In this document: positions 9,265 through 16,733 of the stretch, one piece after another
Position numbering within the stretch: the first letter of the stretch is position 1
Layout: every line of letters begins with the position of its first letter
Source: Clostridia bacterium
Lineage (GTDB): Bacteria > Bacillota > Clostridia > Christensenellales > Aristaeellaceae
Assembly (NCBI GenBank): GCA_045617125.1
Contig: JAZLIA010000109.1
Location: 1-29,713, forward strand
Direction of reading: 5' to 3'
DNA length: 29,713 nt
The notes under the pieces: model-generated
Databases searched by the model: none
Told to the model about the DNA's origin: nothing
The model's input: the letters and a program-made list of their open reading frames with translations, nothing else
Made by a program: the position numbers and the translations under genes

Positions 9265-11874
9265 ATGCTTAAGCTCAAAGGAATCAGAAAAGTGTATGAT
9301 GCGGGCGATACCCGCGTGGAAGCGCTCAAGGGCGTGGATCTGAACTTTCGCCGCAGCGAGTTCGTGGCTGTGCTGGGGCCTTCCGGCTGCGGAAAGACCA
9401 CTCTGCTCAACCTGATCGGCGGCCTGGACGGCTACACCGAGGGAGATCTGGTGATACGCGGCCGTTCCACCAAGGATTATAAGGACCGGGACTGGGACAG
9501 CTACCGCAACCATTCTGTCGGTTTTGTGTTCCAAAGCTATAACCTGATCCCGCACCAGACGGTGCTGCGCAATGTGGAGCTTGCTCTCACACTCAGCGGT
9601 GTGGGCAAGCGGGAGCGCCGCCGCCGGGCGGAGGAAGCCCTGAAAAACGTGGGTCTTGGCGATCAGCTTCATAAAAAACCCGCGCAGATGAGCGGCGGTC
9701 AGATGCAGCGTGTTGCCATTGCCAGGGCGCTGGTGAACGATCCGGAGATTTTGCTGGCAGATGAGCCTACCGGCGCACTGGACAGCGCAACCAGCGTGCA
9801 GGTGATGGACCTGCTGGCCCAGATCGCGAAAAACCGTCTGGTGATCATGGTGACGCACAACCCTGAACTGGCCGATCGGTATGCGAACCGCATTATCCGC
9901 CTTCTGGACGGAAAAGTGGTGGGAGACACCGCTCCCTATGACGGCAGGGATGAGGAAACGGAAAAGACAGGACGGGAAAAGAAGCCCTCGATGAGCTTCA
10001 CGACCGCTCTGGGCCTTTCTCTCAACAACCTGATGACCAAAAAGGCCAGGACCTTCCTTACCGCGTTTGCGGGATCGATCGGTATTATCGGCATTGCCCT
10101 GATCCTGGCGCTTTCCAACGGCGTGAACAACTATATTGATCGGGTGCAGGAGGACACGCTTTCCTCCTATCCGCTGAAGATCGAAGGCTCCACCGTGGAT
10201 ATGTCCGGCATGATGGAAGCCATGATGGGCGAGGTGAGCGAGAGCCGGGCGGAGCATGAGAATGACCGGGTGTATGCTAACAGCATCCTTACCCAGATGT
10301 TCTCCTCCATGATTTCCAATGTGACCGAAAATAACCTTGCCGCGTTCAAGGTCTACCTGGACAATGCCGACACGAAGGATCTGGTGAGCGACATCAAATA
10401 CGGTTATTCCACCCCGCTTACCCTGTATTACGACAGCCCGGATTACGGTATGGTGCAGGTGAACCCCTCCGCTGTGTTTTCCAACATGGGCATGCTCAGC
10501 GGCGCGGGTGTGGGCGCGATGAACAGCTTTTCTTCCTCCAGTCTCTTTTCTTCCGGAATGGAACAGATGGACGTGTGGGAGGAACTGATGGATAATGAAG
10601 CCCTGCTGAACCTTCAGTTTGACGTGGTGGCGGGGCGTATGCCGAAAAAATACGACGAAGCGGTGGTGATCGTCAATTCCCGCAACGAGGTCAGCGATTA
10701 TGCGCTGTATGCCCTGGGCCTGAGGGATCCTGATGAACCGGCCAGGATCATGCAGGAACTGGCGATGGGCAGGGAAATTCAGGCGGATACCTCTCTTTCC
10801 TACAGCTTCGATGAGATCCTGGGCCTCAACTTCACCTACATTCCCAGGGCGCTGACATATGAGCAGCAGGGAAATGTGTGGGTGGACCGCAGCGGCGATC
10901 CCGAATACCTGCGCAGTATGACGGAGCGGGGCCTGACGGTTCGCGTGGTTGGTATCATCCGCCCCTCTGATCAGGCTGTGGCGACCTCCACATCCTCCAG
11001 GGGCGGCATAGGTTACCTTTCCTCTTTGACCGAAATGGCGCTGGAAATGACGGCTCAGACCCCCGCGGTGAAGGCTCAGATGGAGCAGCCGGACCGTGAC
11101 ATTTTTACCGGCCTTCCCTTTGCCGGCAGCGAACCCGCGATGGATATGAGCACGTTTGACATAAGCACGCTTCCCGCGTCCCAGCAGGCGATGCTTCAGG
11201 GCATGAGCCCGGAGCAGATCCAGGCGCTGGCTGAAAAGTATATGAAGAGCAGTGTGTCGGAAAATACCTATAAGGATAATATGACCCTGCTTGGCATGAC
11301 CACGAGGGATAAGCCCTCCTCCATTTCCATTTATCCCAGAAGCTTTGAAGCCAAGGACACGATCATCAATATGATCGACCGGTATAATGAGCAGGCCGAA
11401 GAAAAAGACCGTATCCGCTACACCGATTATGTGGGCCTGCTGATGAGCTCGGTTACCACGATCATCAACGCGATCAGCTACATCCTCGTGGCCTTCGTTG
11501 CGATCTCGCTGGTGGTAAGCTCCATCATGATCGGCATCATCACTTACATCAGCGTACTCGAGCGCACCAAGGAGATCGGTATCCTGCGTGCCATCGGCGC
11601 CAGCAAGCGCGATATCAGCCGTGTGTTCAATGCGGAAACGCTGATCGAAGGCTTTGCTGCCGGGATCATCGGGATCGGTGTTACATTGCTGCTGGTGATC
11701 CTGGTCAACGTGATTTTGCTGGATCTTACCTCTATTGCCAACCTGGCAGGGCTGCCTGTGGAGGCTGCTGTCGCGCTCGTTGTGATCAGCATGGTGCTCA
11801 CCTTTATTGCCGGTCTCATCCCCAGCCGCATTGCCAGCAGGAAAGACCCTGTGATCGCGCTGAGAAGCGAGTGA
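9265..11874 (+). CDS. fused ABC ATPase / FtsX-family permease (MacB-type architecture)
   Basis: The N-terminal part has Walker [10 protein letters not shown], signature [14 protein letters not shown] and Walker [16 protein letters not shown] helix follows, then an extracytoplasmic domain of roughly 400 aa and a C-terminal FtsX-like 3-TM block ([19 protein letters not shown]). I set the start at the ATG at 9265 ([11 protein letters not shown]), after GGGAGGG. Confidence 0.88.
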   Translation: MLKLKGIRKVYDAGDTRVEALKGVDLNFRRSEFVAVLGPSGCGKTTLLNLIGGLDGYTEGDLVIRGRSTKDYKDRDWDSYRNHSVGFVFQSYNLIPHQTVLRNVELALTLSGVGKRERRRRAEEALKNVGLGDQLHKKPAQMSGGQMQRVAIARALVNDPEILLADEPTGALDSATSVQVMDLLAQIAKNRLVIMVTHNPELADRYANRIIRLLDGKVVGDTAPYDGRDEETEKTGREKKPSMSFTTALGLSLNNLMTKKARTFLTAFAGSIGIIGIALILALSNGVNNYIDRVQEDTLSSYPLKIEGSTVDMSGMMEAMMGEVSESRAEHENDRVYANSILTQMFSSMISNVTENNLAAFKVYLDNADTKDLVSDIKYGYSTPLTLYYDSPDYGMVQVNPSAVFSNMGMLSGAGVGAMNSFSSSSLFSSGMEQMDVWEELMDNEALLNLQFDVVAGRMPKKYDEAVVIVNSRNEVSDYALYALGLRDPDEPARIMQELAMGREIQADTSLSYSFDEILGLNFTYIPRALTYEQQGNVWVDRSGDPEYLRSMTERGLTVRVVGIIRPSDQAVATSTSSRGGIGYLSSLTEMALEMTAQTPAVKAQMEQPDRDIFTGLPFAGSEPAMDMSTFDISTLPASQQAMLQGMSPEQIQALAEKYMKSSVSENTYKDNMTLLGMTTRDKPSSISIYPRSFEAKDTIINMIDRYNEQAEEKDRIRYTDYVGLLMSSVTTIINAISYILVAFVAISLVVSSIMIGIITYISVLERTKEIGILRAIGASKRDISRVFNAETLIEGFAAGIIGIGVTLLLVILVNVILLDLTSIANLAGLPVEAAVALVVISMVLTFIAGLIPSRIASRKDPVIALRSE

Positions 11875-11912
11875 CGGAAAATGACACCGATAACAGAAAC
11901 GGAGATAATCAC

Positions 11913-13709
11913 ATGGGAAAACTGATCGGTATTGACCTGGGAACCACCAACAGCTGCATGGCCGCTATGGAGGGCAGCGAAAAAATCATCATTCCCAACA
12001 GCGAGGGGGGGCGCACCACGCCTTCTGTGGTGGCCTTCACCAAGGAGGGAGAACGCCTGGTAGGCATGGCGGCCCGCAGACAGGCGGCTGTTCATCCGGA
12101 CAGGACGATCAGCTCCATCAAGCGTGATATGGGTACGGACCGGCGTGTTACGATCGACGGGCGGAAGTATACTCCCCAGGAGATCAGTGCGATGATCCTG
12201 CAAAAGCTGAAGATCGACGCGGAAGCGTATCTGGGTGAGCAGGTGACCGATGCGGTGATCACCGTGCCCGCGTACTTTACCGACAGTCAGCGCCAGGCTA
12301 CCAAGGACGCCGGACGCATTGCCGGGTTGAACGTGCAGCGCATCATCAACGAGCCTACTGCCGCGGCTCTGGCCTACGGGGTCGATAAGGAACAGGATCA
12401 GAAGGTGATGGTGTACGACCTGGGCGGCGGCACATTCGATGTGAGTGTGCTGGATATCAGCAGCGGTGTGATCCAGGTGCTGGCTACCGCGGGAAATAAC
12501 CGCCTGGGCGGAGACGATTTTGACGAATGCATCGTGCAGTATATTCTGGAGGCCTTCAAACGGGAGAACGGGGTGGATCTTAAAACCGATATGGCTGCGC
12601 TGCAGCGGGTGCGTGAGGCTGCTGAAAAAGCCAAGATCGAGCTTTCCGCCGCCACAGTGACCGAGATCAATCTTCCCTTTATCGCCCAAAAGCAGGGAAC
12701 CCCTCTGCATCTTTCCCTGTCGCTTACCCGGGCAAAATTCAACGAGCTTACCAGACATCTGGTGGATTCCACGCTGGGACCGGTGCAGCAGGCTCTGAGA
12801 GACAGCGGCCTGAGCGCCAGCCAGTTGGGCAAGGTGCTTCTGGTGGGCGGAAGCACCCGCATTCCCGCCGTGCAGGAGGAAGTGCGGAAACTGACCGGAA
12901 AGGAGCCCTTCAGAGGGATCAACCCGGATGAATGCGTCGCGATGGGCGCCTGTCTGCAGGGAGGCGTGCTTACCGGAAAGGTGGGCGGGCTGCTTTTGCT
13001 GGATGTGACCCCGCTTTCCCTTGGCATCGAAACCCTGGGCGGCGTCACCACCCGTTTGATCGAACGCAACACCACATTGCCTGTCAAGCGCAGTCAGGTG
13101 TTTACCACAGCAGCCAATTTCCAGACCTCGGTGGATATTCACGTTCTTCAGGGCGAAAGACAGATGGCTGACCAGAACAAAACTCTGGGCCGTTTCCGGC
13201 TCACCGGCATCAAACGGGCGCTGAGAGGCATTCCGCAGATCGAAGTGACCTTTGCGATCGACGCGAACGGCATCGTGAATGTTTCCGCCCGGGATTTGGG
13301 TACCGGACATGCTCAGGAGATCACCATCACGGCTTCCTCCAATCTGAGCCGGGAGGAGATCGACCGTGCGGTGCGGGAAGCCCAGCAGTATGCTGAGGAG
13401 GATGCCCGCAGGAAGGCCGAGGCAACTGCCAAAAACGATATGGAGCAGATGGAGTACCGGGCGTCGCTTCTCATGAAAAAGCTGGACAGGGGAGAAAAGC
13501 AGGAGCTGGCCGAGGCCCTTCAGCGTGTGAAGCACGCGAAAAAGAGCAAGGATGACGGCCGTCTGGCGGATGCCAACCGGGAGCTTCAGTATCTGCTGGA
13601 TCGACTGGAGGCCAAGTATGCCGCTCAGGGCGGGAACGACCCCGAAAACAGCGGCAGCGCGGATAAGAACAGCGAACAGGAGTTCTATGACGCGGATTTC
13701 AGCAATTGA
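11913..13709 (+). CDS. Hsp70 family chaperone, DnaK paralog in a non-canonical context
   Basis: Motifs [36 protein letters not shown], the linker [14 protein letters not shown] and a helical lid are all present. I set the start at the ATG at 11913 ([10 protein letters not shown]), after GGAGA and a 7-nt spacer. There is no hrcA or grpE nearby. Confidence 0.92.
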   Translation: MGKLIGIDLGTTNSCMAAMEGSEKIIIPNSEGGRTTPSVVAFTKEGERLVGMAARRQAAVHPDRTISSIKRDMGTDRRVTIDGRKYTPQEISAMILQKLKIDAEAYLGEQVTDAVITVPAYFTDSQRQATKDAGRIAGLNVQRIINEPTAAALAYGVDKEQDQKVMVYDLGGGTFDVSVLDISSGVIQVLATAGNNRLGGDDFDECIVQYILEAFKRENGVDLKTDMAALQRVREAAEKAKIELSAATVTEINLPFIAQKQGTPLHLSLSLTRAKFNELTRHLVDSTLGPVQQALRDSGLSASQLGKVLLVGGSTRIPAVQEEVRKLTGKEPFRGINPDECVAMGACLQGGVLTGKVGGLLLLDVTPLSLGIETLGGVTTRLIERNTTLPVKRSQVFTTAANFQTSVDIHVLQGERQMADQNKTLGRFRLTGIKRALRGIPQIEVTFAIDANGIVNVSARDLGTGHAQEITITASSNLSREEIDRAVREAQQYAEEDARRKAEATAKNDMEQMEYRASLLMKKLDRGEKQELAEALQRVKHAKKSKDDGRLADANRELQYLLDRLEAKYAAQGGNDPENSGSADKNSEQEFYDADFSN

Positions 13710-13742
13710 TCCGCCTGAAAGCACGCGGAAAGGGGAAACGAC

Positions 13743-14561
13743 ATGTTTGGTTTTGTGACGGCGGATGTGGAAAAGCTGTCTCAGGAGCAGAAGGAAGTTT
13801 ACCGTGCCTTTTACTGCGGAGTGTGCCGGTCGCTCAAGGCCCGTCACGGAACGGCATGCGAGCTTGCTCTTTCCTACGACATGGTGTTCCTTACGATGCT
13901 GCTGATGAGTGTATACGGGGAGGAGCCGGAGGAGCATTTTGCCCGCTGTGTGCCTCATCCCGGAAAGCGTCACCGGTTTTACAAAAGTGAACTGATCGAT
14001 TATGCGGCGGATATGGGACTTATTCTCATGTACTATAAGCTCATGGATGACTGGACGGATGATCGGGACCCTGTCCGTTATGCCGGTAGCCGTATGATCC
14101 TGAGAAAGGCACGGGGGGCTGAGAATAAATGGCCCCGGCAGGCGGAGAAAATAAAGCAGTGCCTGAAGGAGCTTTCCGAGGCTGAAAAACGGGATGAAAG
14201 ACAGATCGATGTGCCTGCCCGCATATTCGGGGCGCTGATGGGGGAGCTGTTCGTTTACAGGGAAGATGGGTTTTCCCCGCTTTTATGGGAAACAGGCAGA
14301 TGCCTTGGCATGTATGTGTATCTTTGCGACGCTGCGCTGGACTTGAAGGAGGATCTGAAAAAGAAGCACTATAATCCCTTCGCAGGCTACGGAAGCAGCG
14401 GTGCATACGAAAGCCTGTGTGCGGTAATGGGACAGTGCAGCGCGGTTTATAGGCAATTACCGGTTGACAAAAACAAGGCGATTCTGGATAATATTCTGTA
14501 TTCAGGCGTGTGGGGCCGATGGAATCTGGCCCACGCACCCCGAAAGCAGGGTAAAAAATGA
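13743..14561 (+). CDS. DUF5685-like protein (uncharacterised; Cys cluster plus Asp-rich motifs)
   Basis: The N-terminus MFGFV....YRAFYCGVCRSL....LSYDMVFL matches my recollection of the DUF5685 family. It also has CVPHP, DDWTDD and DLKEDLKKKHYNPF. The SD is AAGGGGA. Confidence 0.75.
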   Translation: MFGFVTADVEKLSQEQKEVYRAFYCGVCRSLKARHGTACELALSYDMVFLTMLLMSVYGEEPEEHFARCVPHPGKRHRFYKSELIDYAADMGLILMYYKLMDDWTDDRDPVRYAGSRMILRKARGAENKWPRQAEKIKQCLKELSEAEKRDERQIDVPARIFGALMGELFVYREDGFSPLLWETGRCLGMYVYLCDAALDLKEDLKKKHYNPFAGYGSSGAYESLCAVMGQCSAVYRQLPVDKNKAILDNILYSGVWGRWNLAHAPRKQGKK

Positions 14562-14616
14562 TCCGGGCAGATGTTCCGGCTGAAAAAGACCGGCAGCCCG
14601 AAGGAGGACCGGACCG

Positions 14617-15393
14617 TTGAGCGATCCGTATCAGGTGCTTGGTGTGTCCCGCACAGCCAGTGAAGAGGAGATCAAGCGCGCCTACAGGAATCTGGCTAAA
14701 AAATATCATCCCGATCTGAATCCAAATGATCCCACTGCAGCCAAGAAGATGGAAGAGATCAATGCTGCCTATGATGCGATCAAATCCGGCAAGGCTGACA
14801 GCTACAGCTACTCCGGCAATTCCGGAAGCGGGAACCCCTACGGCAATCCGTATGGCAACCCCTACGGCAACGGTGGGAACAGCGGCTATGGCGGATATCA
14901 GAACGGGTATCAGAATAGCGGTTATTCCGGAAACGACCGTTATGCCGATCAGGAGGGGGATCCCTTTGGCGGCTTTGGTCCTTTCGGCTTTGGCCCCTTT
15001 GGCTTTGGCGGCTATCAGAGACGGCCGCAGTATCAGCCATCGGGGAGGTACCGCGGCGCCTGGCAGTATGTTCAAAGCGGTTCCTATCCGGATGCCATGC
15101 GCATCCTGAACAGCATATCAGACCGGGATGCGGAATGGTATTACGTTGCCGCGCGGGCACAGCAGGGGATGGGCAATGAAGTGACCGCGCTCAATTACGC
15201 CCGCACTGCGAGCCAGATGGCGCCGGATAATGAGGTGTTCCGTCAGTTTATGCAGGAAATGACGGGAGAGGGTGAAAGCTACCGTCAGCAGCAGAGCGGA
15301 ATGGGATTTTCCGCGTCGGGGGTATCCCGGATCTGCATCGGTTTGTGCCTGGCCAACATGTGCTGCCGCTATGGCGGCTGTTTCTTCTGCTGA
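14617..15393 (+). CDS. J-domain protein with G/Y/N/F-rich linker, TPR-like region and Cys-rich C-terminal tail
   Basis: The start is a TTG at 14617, 8 nt after AAGGAGGA. The J domain reads DPYQVLGV...[15 protein letters not shown] (HPD motif). It has no CxxCxGxG zinc-finger domain. The C-terminus is [20 protein letters not shown]. Confidence 0.88.
   Translation: MSDPYQVLGVSRTASEEEIKRAYRNLAKKYHPDLNPNDPTAAKKMEEINAAYDAIKSGKADSYSYSGNSGSGNPYGNPYGNPYGNGGNSGYGGYQNGYQNSGYSGNDRYADQEGDPFGGFGPFGFGPFGFGGYQRRPQYQPSGRYRGAWQYVQSGSYPDAMRILNSISDRDAEWYYVAARAQQGMGNEVTALNYARTASQMAPDNEVFRQFMQEMTGEGESYRQQQSGMGFSASGVSRICIGLCLANMCCRYGGCFFC
14830..14871 (+). repeat. in-frame 12-nt tandem repeat encoding (GNPY)x3
   Basis: ggg aac ccc tac / ggc aat ccg tat / ggc aac ccc tac / ggc aac, inside the J-protein gene. 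Confidence 0.9.
14965..15012 (+). repeat. in-frame repeat encoding [16 protein letters not shown] (G/F region)
   Basis: Repeated ggc ttt ggY ccY ttY units, inside the J-protein gene. Confidence 0.85.
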
Positions 15394-15435
15394 CAGGAAA
15401 TACAGGCAGGGCAATGCAAAAAGAGGAGGTTCATA

Positions 15436-15876
15436 ATGGGACAGAAATTCAGGATGTGGCTGATCCGCGTGATGGAGGGCCGCTATGGCACCAGAGGAAT
15501 AGATCCGTTCAATCGTTTTCTGATCATTGCTTATTTTGCGCTTACGGTTTTGAATCTGATCCTTGCCGGAGTGCTTGGAGGCACGCTTCTGCTGCCCACG
15601 GTGCTGAGTTGGGCAGCGTTCATCCTGTTTCTGTTTCGTACTTTCAGCCGCAACATTCCAAAGCGTGAGATGGAAAATGAAAAATACCTCGCTGTTTCCC
15701 AGAATGTGAAGCGTTTTTTCCGCCGTCAGGTGAACCGGGTGAAGGAAGTTAAGACCCATCGCTACCGTAAATGTACTCACTGCAAAGCGGTGCTGCGCCT
15801 GCCGCGCAAAAAGGGCACCCTGAAGGTGAACTGCCCCCGGTGCAAGCAGGAATTTTCGGTCAAAATATGGTTCTGA
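15436..15876 (+). CDS. membrane protein with C-terminal zinc ribbon
   Basis: The SD is AGAGGAGG, 7 nt upstream. Two hydrophobic helices are present (FLIIAYFALTVLNLILAGVLGG, LLPTVLSWAAFILFLF), followed by a basic linker and then CTHC...(16 aa)...CPRC. Confidence 0.8.
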   Translation: MGQKFRMWLIRVMEGRYGTRGIDPFNRFLIIAYFALTVLNLILAGVLGGTLLLPTVLSWAAFILFLFRTFSRNIPKREMENEKYLAVSQNVKRFFRRQVNRVKEVKTHRYRKCTHCKAVLRLPRKKGTLKVNCPRCKQEFSVKIWF

Positions 15877-15880
15877 TGAT

Positions 15881-15922
15881 ACAGTAAAAGGAGCCGCATG
15901 AAGGCTCCTTTACTGTATTTTA
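15881..15922 (+). terminator. intrinsic terminator closing the Hsp70 operon
   Basis: acagtaaaaggagcc / ggctcctttactgt form a 14-bp stem with one bulged A and a 7-nt loop, followed by ATTTTA. It starts 5 nt after the stop codon. Confidence 0.7.
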
Positions 15923-15993
15923 GGCTGTAGCCCTTGGAAAGCAATGGTCGTATAAACAAATGGACTGGCAGGATCAGGATCGGAGGTATCGTT

Positions 15994-16320
15994 ATGAAAG
16001 AAAAGACGGTCAAAGCATTAAAACTGGATGACAGCTTGCTTGATATGGTTCATGGAGGAAATGGTGATGCGATGCTTGATATGAATTGCATCCTCGAAGG
16101 GGGCAAAGATGCGATGCCTGACATGAATAGCAACCTCGCATCGGTTTCCTCGGTGCCATCCGTGATATTATTATATCAGACACATGAGGGGGATTGCTTC
16201 TCTGTTCTGGCGGAAAAATACAATACGTCAGTGGCGATGATTCTAAGCTTGAACCATATTGCAGATCCAGACCATGTTGAATCCGGTAGATGGATCCGGA
16301 TCCCGTGTAATCAAAAATAA
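15994..16320 (+). CDS. small LysM-domain protein with a double-glycine-type N-terminal leader
   Basis: The ATG at 15994 is preceded by GGAGG and a 7-nt spacer. The N-terminus MKEKTVKALKLDDSLLDMVHGG has no hydrophobic Sec core. The C-terminal segment YQTHEGDCFSVLAEKYNTSVAMILSLNHIADPDHVESGRWIRIP fits the LysM consensus (Y.V..GD.L..IA.KY..S...L...N.......I..GQ.L.IP). Confidence 0.75.
   Translation: MKEKTVKALKLDDSLLDMVHGGNGDAMLDMNCILEGGKDAMPDMNSNLASVSSVPSVILLYQTHEGDCFSVLAEKYNTSVAMILSLNHIADPDHVESGRWIRIPCNQK
16066..16138 (+). repeat. imperfect 42-nt in-frame tandem duplication inside the LysM gene
   Basis: gatgcgatgcttgatatgaattgcatcctcg (16066-16096) versus gatgcgatgcctgacatgaatagcaacctcg (16108-16138) match at 27/31 positions. 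A third partial copy, cttgatatg, lies at 16039-16047. Confidence 0.85.
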
Positions 16321-16394
16321 GGATCTGCGGATCTAAGGCTGGGTGAAAACTCATTATGGGAAAACCTCCGTTATGACGAACGGAAACCCTATGG

Positions 16395-16424
16395 CAGAAG
16401 TGCGTCATCTTCAGAGGTTTTTTT
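16395..16424 (+). terminator. weak candidate terminator after the LysM gene
   Basis: cagaag / cttcag form a 6-bp stem with one mismatch, followed by aggTTTTTTT. The stem is short. Confidence 0.25.
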
Positions 16425-16641
16425 CCTTTTCATAGAATGCACGGAAAAGCAGGGCATACTCCCGGCCGTTTTCACAGGCGCTGCGGCATTGCTGCTGCTT
16501 TTGGATAAGCCATTGCTTAAATTCATCGAATGACAAACCGTTTGCTCTATTCTGCAAACCGTTTTCTTCTCTTGGAATCTGCTGCAGCAGATTGTAAATA
16601 TCCATACCGTCATCCGGTGATCTTCTTTTCAGCTCGATCAT
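16411..16641 (-). pseudogene. truncated GNAT-family N-acetyltransferase remnant (N-terminal ~45 aa recognisable)
   Basis: MIELKRRSPDDGMDIYNLLQQIPREENGLQNRANGLSFDEFKQWL resembles the N-terminus of a Firmicute GNAT family that is normally about 170 aa. The ORF ends after 76 aa with unrelated sequence, and no continuation appears in the other frames. Confidence 0.5.
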
Positions 16642-16733
16642 TGTTGAGTGTCCTTCTTTTATTGCTGCCGAACCGGATCCGGCTGTTTCCTGTCCGACCG
16701 GTTATTAGTCCACGGTTCAGCGGTAAATATGCT

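Noticed and set aside
6256-10257. Plus-strand ORFs 6256-7587 and 7617-8648, and minus-strand ORF 9169-10257
   Set aside because: They are antisense to the M42 peptidase, the CofE-like gene and the ABC ATPase respectively. They cross promoters and terminators, have no SD and have no recognisable domains.
11913-13709. Calling this gene the housekeeping dnaK
   Set aside because: hrcA, grpE and a zinc-finger DnaJ are absent, and the neighbours are a DUF5685-like gene and an atypical J-protein. I therefore left the symbol blank. This needs the rest of the genome to confirm.
11544-13973. 809-aa minus-strand ORF
   Set aside because: It is antisense to the end of the ABC gene, the whole Hsp70 gene and the start of the DUF5685 gene. 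The translation is low-complexity with no motifs.
14041-15780. Minus-strand ORFs 14041-15075 and 15118-15780, and plus-strand ORFs 14726-15109 and 15345-15668
   Set aside because: They overlap the DUF5685, J-protein and zinc-ribbon genes either antisense or out of frame. Their repeat-derived, Pro/Arg/Ser-rich translations are not protein-like.
16010-16408. 132-aa minus-strand ORF opposite the LysM gene
   Set aside because: It has no SD and no motif. The plus-strand ORF has a strong SD and a clear LysM domain. I also tested it as a possible continuation of the truncated GNAT gene, and the sequence does not resemble an acetyltransferase.
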